64,000 nt of DNA, taken from positions 49,724,001-49,788,000 of the forward strand of contig NW_025964361.1 in NCBI RefSeq assembly GCF_023055435.1, written 5' to 3'. A program made the position numbers and the translations under genes. Shown here piece after piece: positions 21,617-34,783 of this stretch. The DNA comes from Haliotis rufescens. Its lineage: Eukaryota. The notes under the pieces are model-generated. The model did no database searches, was not told the origin of the DNA, and worked only from the letters and a program-made list of their open reading frames with translations. Every line of letters starts with the position of its first letter. The stretch's first letter is position 1.

Positions 21617-22095
21617 GGGTTCCTCCACGTCCAGAATGTATTCCTCTGAACCACATTGAGGAGAAGATGAGGAACTCGGGCTCCCGCTGCCAAGGACATA
21701 TCCCTATACAGAAGAAGTACCCGGTCCGTGATAGCGTTGTTCACAGACATCAGTCTAACAGTAGACAGAACAGTAAAGTGTATCCACTCGTCTCTCAGGA
21801 AGTTCTCTGTAAGCACGATAACAATCTTCCAGCTTCTCGGCAAAGTATCAATGGTCACTTCAGCCTGGGAACACCCTACAGGGTCATGTTAGTCGGGCAG
21901 GTACAGTTTTATACCAGGGGAGACTTTTTGGAGCTGCTTGAAGAGATAATGACATGGCCATTGATACTCAGCACTTTCATAGCATATGTAGGTATCATAA
22001 TCGAAATCCTCCCTTTGTGGTCGGCGTCCTGGATTAAAACTAAGCATGTGTAATACGTGGTGTTCTATTTTGGGGAAATATTTCTTGAAGAGAAA
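21617..22095 (-). pseudogene. TIR-only TLR remnant (TLR-D type), with an internal stop and a 3' deletion
   Basis: FKKYFPKIEHHVLHML..PQREDFDYD...RSWKIVIVLTENFLRDEW. TAA at 21889-21891. About 460 bp is deleted at ~21615 relative to copy 2. Confidence 0.85.
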
Positions 22096-22157
22096 TCGAA
22101 CCCGGGTCTTTGGCGTGACGAGCGAACGCTTCAACCACTAGGCTACCCAATCGCCCC
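22092..22157 (-). mobile_element. tRNA-derived SINE 5' head fused to the TIR remnant
   Basis: Minus strand GGGGCGATTGGGTAGCCTAGTGGTTGAAGCGTTCGCTCGTCACGCCAAAGACCCGGGTTCGATTTC contains A- and B-boxes. Confidence 0.85.
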
Positions 22158-24067
22158 GCCCCTTGTTAAGAAGTTATCGTATGACACATGATATCACGTA
22201 CCAGTAGATTTGGCCTAATAACGTGCAGATAAATGAAAACAAACCTGCTTCGGTGCTTGTTGTTTTAGAATTCAATTATATCAAATTTTGACAAGATATA
22301 TCATTGTTTCTACAATAACAACCACGTCAAAAGCATGCAACATTGTAAGAAGTTGTCTTCTTGTTAAACTCCATTCAAATATCAACGTATATCTTAAATT
22401 TGCTTCATACACACCAGACGTTGAAGGCCGCATTCTCGGTTTGCTGTTTGTAAACATTTTAATTCTAAGCATTTTGTTTCTTCCTTTTTGTTGAATAAAG
22501 TCACGTAATACCAAATCGTCTTCCTGCTTGAATACGCCATTGTCAATAACCCACTAGTTTGTATACCCCCGGGAATACAAGTTTCAGTTAGACGGTGAAG
22601 TAGTGGCTCATGTAAAATTAATGACATGAATCTGTTTAAAACACATGGAAGGAATCCCACTCTGTCTGAAGCTTTGTGAGAACCTGTTCGGTGTCTACCA
22701 TTAAAGCAATGTCCAGAGCAGACACCCAGAAGACCATGTCTCTATACAAATGATGTCAGGCGACATACGGTTGCCGTCTGTGCTATGTAAGCTGAGCGTT
22801 TATTGGCCGCTGAAACCAGGTCTTTGTTTGATGACTTTGGCAACAGAGGAGTTACAGCATCAGTTCGCGGGTGATCGAGGAATGAAGGGCATTCAACCTC
22901 CTAAAGTATTGGCAGGATAGAATTTCCCTTGTGTACTCAATATATGAGTGAATACACCAATTAGAGCTTACACTCACCAATCATTTTAATTTACAGGAAG
23001 AATACCAGGAGATCGAAAAAGGGGGAAGCGTTTCTAAATTGGTTCCACTGTTTGTGTGCGACGCAAGCTTATCGCTTTTAACCAACAGGCGGTGGCTGAA
23101 AAATGGTTCAAATCTGTACCATGTCCGGTTACGAGTGAGCAAGAGTAGCGTCCTTGTATCACTTTCAACATCACTACGCAATCTATCCATTTGTTTGTGG
23201 AGATAATAAGTACAGCAACCTCCTCTGCTGATGCTACTTGTTGCGAGAGCTATTTTACCATCACAAACAAACTAAATATAGATATTAGCAACAGATCATG
23301 TCCGCATTCAAAAGAAACCTCTGCCAAAAGCAGGTTCGATTAAGACGCATTTTGTTTACTTTCAGTAGCTCTAACTGAGGATAAACCAGCACTTTCTGTA
23401 GCCAACGTTGTGAGTGACGTTTAATTATTAAGAACTTGACATCCATATCTTCTCTTCCTTAACTATGATCTACATGAAATCTACTTATCATCCCATTTTG
23501 GATACCATAAGAACACTCAGAACACTAGAGATGAATCAGTGCATTCTCATCTCCCTGATGAGTATACAACCAAAGTTGACTGAGGAGCTTGAAGGTTAAC
23601 AGTTATATTAAGGTTAACATTACCATCTCATTCTACCGGAGACCCATTCACTGCTGGATGAAAAAGGCATGTGAACCAAGACACACTTGCCTAAGCCTGC
23701 ACAATGTACTTCAGGAGTCAAGCTGCCGAGCGCAATCACCCATCCAACTACTCTCCGCCACCAACGTTGCTTAACTTCAGTTGATTTGTGACCTGTACGC
23801 TGTCCACAATACCACGTGCCACCTTAATATGTTGTATGTTCGTCGCGGTTATCCATTCTTATTTCGACCGTGACGTTGCTCTATTGTTTGAAGCCGTCAC
23901 TGACACAATATCCAAGCAGAATTTGCTTGTTTGGCACTTCATAGGTACAGTGTCATACATTTTATATGAATTTCCTTGGCGACCACAGTGATCTCTTTGT
24001 TAACAAAAACGGTAAGTTCAGGATTAAATTTTGCAGAAAGGTTAAGAAAACTGAACGATGTTGATTG

Positions 24068-25590
24068 TAAAACGTTTATTTAAGTGTCACATGCACAACA
24101 TGTACAATATAAAATTGACGCATAGCACAAAAGGTGTATGGAGTGCGTCCATCCAGACAAAGACACTTTATACAACATAAACAAATTATATACATACATA
24201 CAATGTGAGAGGTGGGAAATTTAGCTACGAATTCAGAAGACTCACAGGACAATAAAGAACGAGAGAGCAATTAAATAATCATGGTGACAACTGTCGTCTC
24301 TTAAACATTTTCAAAAGCGTTGCGGCAAGCAACTTTGGTAAAACGTTTGAATTCATAAAATGAATAAATTTCTCTTCTTCGCATATCACATTAAACTTCA
24401 GGTTTTTTTTTCAGCTGGGCAGTATAAATCATACCGTAAATCTTCATAAAACAGCTTTGTAGTTAAAAGTGACATTTATCTCCCACCAAATCACAATCGC
24501 AATATTTACATAACCTTTCCGATAATTGTATAGAAGGTTTGGAACATCTACCTGTCTCAACAAACAAAGGTAAAATTGAACATCTAAACTTGGCTAAAAG
24601 ACGGCGGTGGTCTCTATACACAATATTTTTAACATAGAAATCAACAGCAGGTGTAAACTTATATTTTCTGTAAGTACGTAACTTATTTCCATTTACATTA
24701 CACTTAACATTCCAAAACGAAGTGTGAAAATTAACTACGTCATCCTGAAATAAAACGTTTTTAATATACCCAACACAGCATTTAACACCCAATCTGATTT
24801 CGAGTAAGAAGTGGTAAAACATCCAAAGAATCGGTGAATAATATCAGGCAGAAGCTCTTGCTGCATAGATATAAGTCTGAAACATTCTGTTTTCTGAGTA
24901 AACGTAACTGAGCACCAGCCCATATTCCCTCTACTTGCAAGAACAGGTGCACGTTTACTTAAACCAAGAAACATTCAGGCAGCCTTATTTTGCACAACTT
25001 CAGCTTCTTTAAAACTATGAAAGACCCATATACTGGCACCATAAAACAAAACTGGTTGTACCAGCGATTTATACAACTTCGTAAAAACATAATGTGACAT
25101 TCCAACAGCATAAATATACTTAGTGTACAGAGCAGTTAACTCTCTACTAGCGGACTAACAAAGCTCTTTCAAAGGCTTGTGCATGTCTAAATATTCTTTT
25201 AGACACAATCCTAAATGACGATAAGCGCTGTCATAAGAAATGTGAGTATTGTAACAAGAAGACATATAACAAGATCTAAAAATAGATCCCCCCCCGAAAA
25301 CAGACAATTTCGATTTTTCTCATTAATACTAATACACCATTTTAAACACCAAGTACATACAATATCTAACATATGTTGCAGATATTTTGTATTTTGAGCT
25401 AACAACGCATTATCATCAGCGTATAACAAAAATGGGTAACATTTCATTATCCAATGGTACACCCATTTGAGAGTCGTTATCAGCTTGGCAACATCATTTA
25501 TATATAGAGAAAATAGAGTTGGTGACAATTTGCAACCTTGCTTAGTACCCATGGAAACGTTAAAAGAGTCTGTTATGTAGTCAATCACGC
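24068..25590 (-). mobile_element. Degenerate LINE RT/3' end (paralog of 14-1790, without the SINE)
   Basis: GTKQGCKLSPTLFSLYIND, LLYADD and LAKFRCS..VETGR..ERLC motifs. Confidence 0.82.
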
Positions 25591-26090
25591 GTACTGCAAC
25601 CTCACATCTTGATGTAGGGCTTCATTCACTCCTCAGGGGTTGTGCAATGTTCAGTATAAATATCCCTATGTTTACGAGAGTCTTTCAGCGTAGATTTAGC
25701 CTTCATAACTTCAGCTTTTGCTTCCAAAGAATCCATAGTTGCTCTGACTAAACGTGGGTTTATTTCCTCTAGGCCTCTTCCTTTTATTTTAACATTGTTT
25801 GCGTAGTTCCTGATCGTCAGGCAGAAGCGCCAACACCTTGTTCTTTGTCACTCGCGAATCCTTATCCTCGTGCGTGTGAACATTCAGGTTCTTTATGACT
25901 AAAGAATTATCAACAGCATTATACATTTGTTTCCTTTTTATAACCCCTCAGTATATTTGTTGGAAATCTTGTACCTTTCTTTCATATGCTTCGAACTTTC
26001 AGTCAATTTCATCATGAACAGAACTCATCTCACTTTTGACATTCTCGTAAAGATATTAAATATATTGTATTAAACATCAAATGTTAAGTT

Positions 26091-28562
26091 TTAGAATAAG
26101 GCTGCGGGATCAGCGTTGAGGATACGCTGACACAGATGTGTCCAGAACTGGGGGTGTTCCTCCACGTCCAGAATGTGTTCCTCTGAAACCACGTTGAGGA
26201 GAAAATGAGGAACTCGAGCTCTCGCTGCCAAGGACATATCCCTGTACAGAAGCAGGACCCGGTCCGTGATTGCGTTGTTCACGGACATCAGTTTGACAAT
26301 AGACAGGACAGTAAAGTGTATCCATTCGTCTCTCAGGAAGTTCTCTGTAAGCACGATAACAATCTTCCAACTTCTCGACAAAGCATCAATGGTCGCTTCA
26401 GCATGGGAATACCCTACAGGTTCATGTACGTCGGGCAGGTACAGTCTTATACCAGGGGGGACCTTTTGGAGCTCCTTGAAGAGACAATGACATGGCCAAT
26501 GATACTCAGCACTTTCATAGCATATGTAGGCATCATAATCAAAATCCTCCCTTTGTGGTCGGCGTCTTGGGTTATAACCAAGGATATCCAATTCGCGGTA
26601 TTCTATTATGGGGAAATATTTCTTGAAAAGAAAAGCTACAAGTAAAGACAACAGTGCAATTAAGTTTCCAACTATGGCCATCGCCAACCAGAACTGACCA
26701 ACACATGTTCTCCACTGTAATGTCCTGCTTGCATAAAAGGTAGCTGTATCAGACAACGTTCCATCACCAAGGATGCAGCTGTAGTTACCATGGTGATCTA
26801 AAGTGACATCAGTTTCAAGTAACCATTGTATGAAGTGAAGAGTTCCACAGCTACAGCTGAAGATGTTGCCTGTTAGGTAGAGGTAGAACGAACCGTTATT
26901 CACAACAAAGTCATCGAGCATTGTCTGTTGCTGTTTACTGATGACTGACAGGGAATTCGATGTCATATCCAAATGTTTGAGCCTAGCCATCATCAGGATT
27001 TCTTCTGGTACGTCATCCAGTCGATTTCGTGCAAGAGAAAGGTTTTCCAATTTGTTAAAGTTTCTCAATGTATTTTTGTTGATAAGCTGTAGATTATTGC
27101 CTGACAAATCGAGTCTTGTTAGTTTGGGCATGACATGGAAAAAAGGTTCAGATGGGGACACAAACATGTCTTCATCTGACGTCACATCATGAACAAGCAA
27201 TGTTTGGAGATTCGTCACCATGTTGGTGTTGTTGAATACATTCTGACTGATCTTCATATGGGATATGTCCAAGAGTTTCAGGTTTTTACAGCATTCTAAA
27301 TATGACGGAATGTCTAAAAGATCATTTCTAGAGAAATCTAACACAGATAGAGGATCGCTTTGTGTCAGTGTTAAACTGATATACAAATGGTAAGAACTGG
27401 AACATCTGCTGAGGTTTAAATAACTTAGATTAGGAGGTATGGGAAAATACACCCCTCCTCGTTTTGTGGTATTATATTTGTTACTGAGAGAAAAGATCAA
27501 TTTTGTACCCCGAGACAAATCCAGATATTTCAGATTTACCATCATGTACATATTTTTTGCAGCAGGGGGCAATTTATCATTCAACAAGTTTTGAGACAAG
27601 TCTAGATATTCGATACATCTGAAGAAAGTCGAATTGGTTATGGCATTATCATTAATTTGTGTAATCTTATTATGAGACATGTCTAGCTTTTTCACACATA
27701 TATCTGCAAGATAACCGAACATCTCCTCTGTTAGAGTCACACTGCTTTCTCCTGTGGTAACAACTCGAGACAGTATTATTTCCTCCATATGTCTTCCAGC
27801 CAAACACTGAAGAGCTCTTGTTATGGAGACGAACTTGGTCGTGCTTCCATGCGAGAGGCCAATTAGCAAATTGGTTAGGTTCTTAAAAGGACAAAATGCT
27901 CCTGCTTCTATATTTCTAACAACACCGTTGAAATTTAATATTTTAAGTGGAATATCACGCAAAGCTTGAAAGGTTGTGTTTCCAATAACAGGTATACCTA
28001 TGGTATTGATATTCAGAAGTGTGAGGGTGTCTTTCAACTGTTCTAGTTGAGGCCATTTTCCGTCTTTAGGCCAGGAGTTAATACGGATCTCTTCTAGACT
28101 TTTTAGACCTTGGACGATATCAGTAGGGAATTGTCCTTCGTTATTTATACTTCCTAACAGAACCAATTGCCTCAGACTAACCAAATACTGGAACAGTCCA
28201 TCTGGGTATGTTGTCGTGTCCAATGAAAGCGTGTCACAAGACATTTCCAAGACTTCCAGTTTACCAAGACCTTTGAAAGCATCTCTCTGCAGTATCTTTA
28301 GCGGATTGGCACTCAGATAAAGGAATCTGAGGTTACTTAAAGTGCTAAAACTGTTGTTGGATATTCGGGTGAGAAGATTATCTTGTAAATCCAAACCTAC
28401 AATGTCCTTTGGAAGATCTGATGGCACTTGAGTGAGATTCTGTCTTTGACAGTCGGTGACGTTACCCTGGTAGGCTGCACTAAAACTGGTGTGACAGCCA
28501 CTGACAGAGATGCATGTTGCATCCGTCATCAGCAGGAGAAACATAAACATTTCCACGTGCAT
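26091..28562 (-). CDS. Toll-like receptor TLR-B, intact, ~823 aa, single-cysteine-cluster type
   Basis: Signal-like N-terminus, LRRNT (DC...LTQVP..LP), many LxxLxLxxN repeats, LRRCT (NIFSCSC...W...YSC...C), TM (FWLAMAIVGNLIALLSLLVAFLF), and TIR with box 1 FDYDAYICY and box 3 FW. Confidence 0.93.
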   Translation of the reverse strand: MHVEMFMFLLLMTDATCISVSGCHTSFSAAYQGNVTDCQRQNLTQVPSDLPKDIVGLDLQDNLLTRISNNSFSTLSNLRFLYLSANPLKILQRDAFKGLGKLEVLEMSCDTLSLDTTTYPDGLFQYLVSLRQLVLLGSINNEGQFPTDIVQGLKSLEEIRINSWPKDGKWPQLEQLKDTLTLLNINTIGIPVIGNTTFQALRDIPLKILNFNGVVRNIEAGAFCPFKNLTNLLIGLSHGSTTKFVSITRALQCLAGRHMEEIILSRVVTTGESSVTLTEEMFGYLADICVKKLDMSHNKITQINDNAITNSTFFRCIEYLDLSQNLLNDKLPPAAKNMYMMVNLKYLDLSRGTKLIFSLSNKYNTTKRGGVYFPIPPNLSYLNLSRCSSSYHLYISLTLTQSDPLSVLDFSRNDLLDIPSYLECCKNLKLLDISHMKISQNVFNNTNMVTNLQTLLVHDVTSDEDMFVSPSEPFFHVMPKLTRLDLSGNNLQLINKNTLRNFNKLENLSLARNRLDDVPEEILMMARLKHLDMTSNSLSVISKQQQTMLDDFVVNNGSFYLYLTGNIFSCSCGTLHFIQWLLETDVTLDHHGNYSCILGDGTLSDTATFYASRTLQWRTCVGQFWLAMAIVGNLIALLSLLVAFLFKKYFPIIEYRELDILGYNPRRRPQREDFDYDAYICYESAEYHWPCHCLFKELQKVPPGIRLYLPDVHEPVGYSHAEATIDALSRSWKIVIVLTENFLRDEWIHFTVLSIVKLMSVNNAITDRVLLLYRDMSLAARARVPHFLLNVVSEEHILDVEEHPQFWTHLCQRILNADPAALF

Positions 28563-30274
28563 TATTTCTGAAACACAATGACAGCACATCAAGAGGAAGA
28601 AAGTTAACTGTATGGACACATTTATTATGGATTAATGAATTAATTTGACTTTAGATCACGTTAAACTTGCATGTTAAGGGAGTGAGCGAGTTGGGTTTAA
28701 GGCCCCTTTGAACAGTCTTACAGCTATATAATGGCGTGTCAGCTTGATGTGGGGATTGGAACCCATGATCATTGTTTTTGTAGGTGTTTTTGTTTGTTTG
28801 TTGCTTAGCACCGCACTCAGCAATAGACCAGCTATAGTCCAGCTATATGATGTCGGTCTGTAAATAATCGAGTCGGGACCAGACAACCCTGTGATTGTTT
28901 TGGGGTGTCACAAAGGGACTCAATTCAATTGCGGTGCCTCAGACGACTGCATGTTACATGTTGCGCGTTACATGTTGTGCGTTGCATGTTAAGAAGTTAC
29001 ATGATCACATAAAATACCAATCAAAACAAATAACATTAAACTGAGCTTGTGAAAAACTTGCAGATAAACGAAAACAAATTTTGTCAGTGATTGTTTTCTA
29101 AAATTTAATGATTTAAAATTCTGACAAGAAATACCATTATTACAAAATTGTTAAAATTCAAAAAAAAAACCCACACAAACATTACACGTTGTTAGGATTC
29201 GCCTACTGATTTTAACGTATTTCCAAAATCAACGAATATATCTAAAATTTACTTCGTGCTAAACAAACTTAGTTTTTATTTGATATTCACATTCTTTTAA
29301 TTCTATATGTTTCGGTATCCTTTTTGTTTAATAAAGTCAAACGTTATAAAATTGCCTTCCTTCTGGAACCACTTCACCATCAATACACCACTGGTTTGTA
29401 TGACCTGTTAAAATCCGGTGTGTCTTTATATAATTCAAGGGAATTCAAAACATAAACGCTTGAGAAGATATTCTACAAATGCTGTCAAGCGAGAAACATT
29501 TCTCTTTTGCTATGTAAGTTGAGCGCCCATTGTTCGCACCTGAAACCAGGTCACATAACAACTTGACGGGTGCTCGATGAATGTTGCCCATACAAAACTC
29601 TTAAGAGTTGTATGAATAGATCTTCTCAAGGCATGCTGGTCAACTCATGTGTTTTCCCCGCAATGCAACAAAATATACTAGCGTGACCTTCAATATACTT
29701 GAGAAAATACACCAGTTCAAACCTAGGATCACCAATCATTCTAAATTGACAAGAGTTCGTAAAATATTAGAGCATGTCCAGTATTTCTGTCTATCTCCGT
29801 CACTCAGTGTATCTGTCTTCCTGACTCTGTGTCTCTCTGTACCTACATGTGGCTGTCTCCCACTTCAAATATTTCGTACGATCTATTATGTTGCTTTATA
29901 ACATGTTACGTATATTACGTTACGAGCCGATGTTCATCACACTGATCATGATGTACTACGCAATTAGGGCACATATATTTGACACAGACACATGCATATA
30001 CACTCACTGATACAGCGTACAGGTAACTGGCTATTTAGCTCTCTTTGTCTACCTATTAATGAATAATAAGTTTTTGTAAAAATCGTGACCTTTTACTTAA
30101 TATCTATATCATCATTACCAAAACATGTTTAAATGATTTTTCATATAAATATCGTTTAGATGAGCAAACACTAACCTAATGTTTAGTAAATATATCATTT
30201 GTCTACTTACCAAACTTGTCCAGTATTTCAGACCGATAATTATCATGATAATAGGCATCACTAGGTGATCATGG

Positions 30275-30364
30275 TTCCAGGAATGCTGACTTATTTGTCT
30301 GATTGGCTAATGATGTCGGCTAAAGAATATCACGCTGAAAATAACACCACAATGCTTGACGTCA
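30275..30364 (-). promoter_or_regulatory. Putative TLR-B promoter: GAS, CCAAT and CRE sites
   Basis: TTCCAGGAA at 30275-30283, CCAAT (minus) at 30302-30306 and TGACGTCA at 30357-30364. Confidence 0.45.
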
Positions 30365-33300
30365 TGCTTGGAGACAGGATAGACAGGATAGACACGAGTC
30401 TCGTCAACTGGCTCGGCTAATATACAATGAAATGTTTGAAAGGGATGACTGGAGCTGCTACACTGTGTGTGAAGGAAATACCTGTAGTAAGTAGATATTT
30501 TATCGTTTGTTGAATGTCGATATGACATGGACTTGGCTGATGTGTAACAATGACGGTGTATGTGTTGGTGGTCATGAACGTATGTACACGATATTTAAGG
30601 GTGGAGCCCGAGACAAATATAACACCCGACACTATAATTAAGACATCGGAGAAGATATTTGGAACAACAACTTTACCCAAGACCAGATAATCCAGTGATT
30701 AATATCATGAGCATCAATCCACGCAATTGGGATTGATGACATGCATCGACCAAGTCAGCAAGCCTGACCACCCGATCCCAGTAGTCGCGTCTTACGACAA
30801 GCATAGTCGCCTTTTACAGCAAGCATGGGTTGCTGAAGACCTGTTCTTCCCCGGATCTTCACGGGTCAAGACGAAAATGAAGGGATATTTAAAGCGAAAG
30901 GGTATCCCCTGTCTCCCTTAATTAGACCAAAGCTTCCTGTCCTGGACGTGTGATTCGTACTCTCATTATCTCTACCTGGATGAACTACAAGATCTTGTCA
31001 GTGATTATAACCACATTACACGTTAGTCGCACCTTCGCCGTTGTAGGGGATTTATTCTTGAATATCTAAAGGGTCATGGTAACAGTTTATGTGGATTTTC
31101 ATCAGACGATTTCACATTAAAGGAAACTGACAGACTGCGAATGAACCAAAACAAATATATCCAGGAGAAGGCGGCTGTTTCAAATGTCATAGTCAGCTAC
31201 CGTAAGATTCAAACATTAGTTCCCTGAGAATGGGAATTGTAATATTAGGATTTCCCGACATTCCGTAGTAATAAAGTAGTACGCCTCGGTGGGCATGGCT
31301 TAGTATTTCACATTCATTGGGAAATGAATGCAATAACACGTGACCAAATCAGCTTATCAGAATGCAGGATTTACTATGAACACAATTTTTTTTTAATATT
31401 AGCACATTACAACCTACAGATGACAATGCTTCTGGCTCTGATAATGCCATAGCGGAGTTTACTTTGTAAATGATAAGCAGCCATGCTATATTGTGAACTT
31501 ATTTTCTATATTCTGTTTGAAAGATCCTATTTTCTTGGGAATTTGATGACTGGTTTTCTTGTTTCGATTTACAAACAGGTGGCCGCAAATGTTGTAAATA
31601 GTTGTAGTGGAATAACTCTTCTTACCATATTTTGTAAATTATTTACAGACATCGTCAAGAAGAGGTTTGTAGTCTAGGCAGATACCTTCGAAAATATAAG
31701 TGTGTCACAAGCTGGGTTTTGAAAGGGTATTTTACAAATGGCGACGGTTTAATCCTAACCCTACTAAAATACAGAGATATTTATCAGTAAAGGGAAATAA
31801 TGTAGTTGACTCTGTGAAAAGAATCAATATGTGATTACTTTATCAAAGACATTTTGGAAAATAGGATTCTTTTGTATGCGTATAATAATGAGAGGTTAGG
31901 TTTTCGAAGTGTATCAGAAATGTTTACAGGCAACATCGGTGTCCGCCAGGGATGTATACTATGTCTTTTTCTATTTCCATTTTTCATGACTGATTTAGTA
32001 TATCAAATTCATAGTAATTGCATAGATAGTAATTAATAACACCCCGAAGCTATTATATTATTTTGCCTCTCCTTTCTGATGGCATAGCATATGGTCTCGA
32101 GCACGATACCTTGTTTACAAAGGTAAATACATGCATTAGAGCGTTATTGTGAAGAAGCGAAAACTACTGTCCATACAGAAAGAAACCAATGTAGAAGTCC
32201 TTGAAAGTGGTGCTAACTCATATAGAAAGAGAAAGGGTGTTGTGGAGGGCCACCTTTGGAAAAATAAGTCCTCGTATTTTTAAATACCTCGGACATTTGA
32301 GACTTAGACAATTTTGATGTTATTGAAAATAGGTACACTTATTCACAAGTGAAAAAAGGTTTTGACTGTGAAACCTAGAACTCAAATAACAATGGTACAT
32401 GGCAAGTGTGGAAGGTTGTTGATGTATGAATGAAGTTACATTACATACTGGGTCAACATATTAAATGTGTTACCTAGAAGATATTCATATGTCATAAAAT
32501 AAATATTATGTTTAATTATTATGAATGACAGAACAATGTACTAGGCCCTCGCTCTCATCAATGTCAGGAATAAATATTGACTGTAAATTACGACTGTCTG
32601 TTATTAATCGAGTCTGGAACAAACAGTCCATTGATTGACATTATGAACATCGATCTACGCTTTTGGAATACGATGTCAGCGAGCTTGATCACCCGATTCC
32701 GTTTGTATGCTCTTAGGACAAGCATGGCGATTTTAACCCGGATCTTCACGTGGTTCAATGACAATATTTACTCATCATGAACTTTATTCCTTGAATATGT
32801 ATCTGGGGCCAAGTATCACAGCAAATTAAGTGTCACGTGAGATCTGACCTTCTTATGCCTGACCAATCAATTGAATAGGTTTTGTGGTCCATAAAAAATC
32901 TGTAGTCAGTATAGTTACAGGATCGTTGATCCACATAATATGAACAGTTTGTGATAGATTTGTGATTTCAAACCTTTATTCTTATTTCCATTCCAATGTA
33001 TATTTGTCAGAGTTATTGGCTCAAAAGTAGTGGAGTCACATTGGAATTTGATTAGGTATTGTGTGCAGTTAAAATTAGCGGAATCAGTGGTTGGTTATCC
33101 AATGTACAGGTTCAATGCCATCGGTCTGATATTTAGTTCATATTACATGTAAAAACCGTGAAAGGACAGCATTGCGACGCGAATGAGGTTAAATCTCACA
33201 TCAAACATCATCGACGTTCTTCTCGTGGAAGGTGGACCACTTAATAGGGCACATGGGAGGCAGGTAAGCAGGATTAGTGGGGGATTTCAGCTGGAGGGGT

Positions 33301-33550
33301 TAGGACGCTCGGAAGCTTGATTCCAAGAGATTCCAGGTTCCGGTCGACAGAAAACACAGCTTCACAGTTTACAAAACGCTTCTGTTCACACATCGGCGTA
33401 TGGGTACCCGGAAGGATGATATTGTCAACTGATTGATGTCTGCCATACATCGTTGGTTGTAGACTTATGTGGAAGCAAGAGAAGAAATTTGTATTCTCAC
33501 TGACCCACTGATGCGTCGACAGAAGTAATAACCCTTTGTGCTATATTAAC

Positions 33551-33943
33551 AGTAGATAGAAAGTAATACCTTCCGGACAAAAGCATTCCTGTGGAGCGTG
33601 GAGTACCAACAAAAGCATTCCTGTGGAGCATAGAATTTCCAACAAATTCCTGTGGAGCATAGACTTTCCAACAAAAGCATTCCTGGGGAGCATAGAATTT
33701 CCAACAAAAGCATTCCTGTTACCTTCCGGACAAAAGCATTCCTGTGGAGCGTGGAATTTCCAACAAAAGCATTCCTGTGGAGCGTGGAATTTCCAACAAA
33801 AGCATTCCTGTTGAGCGTCGAATTTCCAACAAAAGCATTCCTGTGGAGCAGCATTTCTATGGAGCGTAGAGTAAAAAAACAAACAAAAGCATTCTTGTGA
33901 AGCATACCACAGTGGCCAGTCAATACCTTTCACACAATAGAAG
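33551..33943 (+). repeat. Left TIR, copy 2
   Basis: Inverted match to 43296-43579; 33-bp subrepeats. Confidence 0.9.
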
Positions 33944-34168
33944 TTAACAATAACATTCCAGGATCAACGTTTCAACCACTAATAAAATGTATGTTGCGAC
34001 GATTACTCAGTAACCAATGAAACGCTAAAGGAAGTCAAAGTACACTAATGAAATTCAACTTTATAGAAGTTAAGCAGTGTTTAACTGTTGAAGCTTTCAT
34101 TCGAGCTTAAACAGCGATCTTGTCAACAAGACGAAATCTTCACGCCAGTATACATCTTGAATCTGATC

Positions 34169-34654
34169 ATGGGAACCCGAACAACTGACAAGTTTGTATT
34201 TTTTTACACCAGAACTTCAGTGTTTAGTCAACATTTTTCTACTGAGATTGTTATCCAAGGAATAGCATTTAACTGTGCTGAGCAGTATTACATGTATAAA
34301 AAAGCTTGTATGTTCAGAGATTGGGAAACTGCGCATACGATTTTAAAGTGTGTTTCTGCCACCGAACAAAAACGTTTAGGTAGAAGTGTGAGATGTTTTA
34401 ATCAACGCCAATGGGATGCTGTGAGTTCCAGTGTGGTGTATGCAGCGTCTTCAGCTAAATTCACACCGTCTGTTTTTCTGAAGAAACAACTGTTAGACAC
34501 GAGTCCGTATGATCGTGTGTGGGGTGTGGGTCTATCACTGCATGACCCTAATATTCTTAATCCATCTAAATGGAAAGGCAGTAATAGACTTGGTCAGATC
34601 TTAATGATGGTTAGAAATGAAATAATGAACACAGAGCCAAGTGAAAACTTATGA
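34169..34654 (+). CDS. NADAR/YbiA-family protein, copy 2, with a 24-bp in-frame deletion (FPKILVQA); probably inactive
   Basis: Same motifs as 10271-10780; the deletion removes the strand leading into SPYD..WG. Confidence 0.8.
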   Translation: MGTRTTDKFVFFYTRTSVFSQHFSTEIVIQGIAFNCAEQYYMYKKACMFRDWETAHTILKCVSATEQKRLGRSVRCFNQRQWDAVSSSVVYAASSAKFTPSVFLKKQLLDTSPYDRVWGVGLSLHDPNILNPSKWKGSNRLGQILMMVRNEIMNTEPSENL

Positions 34655-34783
34655 CTTTAAATGTGTTACAGTGATGTAACTTGCTATTTTGAACAGAGGC
34701 AAGAAAACTACATTCTACTCGTGGAAGCAGGTCATGCGGATGCCACACACTCTAAATGAGCCAGTCATAACAAGATCACCTGA

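Larger units (their letters stand above)
7173..31039. repeat. Segmental tandem duplication unit 1 (~23.9 kb): Maverick, minisatellite, TIR remnant, LINE, TLR-B
   Basis: Collinear and near-identical to 31040-57278. Positions 1-7172 match the tail of the same unit. Confidence 0.85.

Noticed and set aside
22092-22157. Functional tRNA genes (also ~690-793 and paralogs)
   Set aside because: They have A/B boxes but no complete cloverleaf or acceptor stem. One has a TSD and simple-repeat tail and the other is truncated after the B-box, so both are SINE heads.
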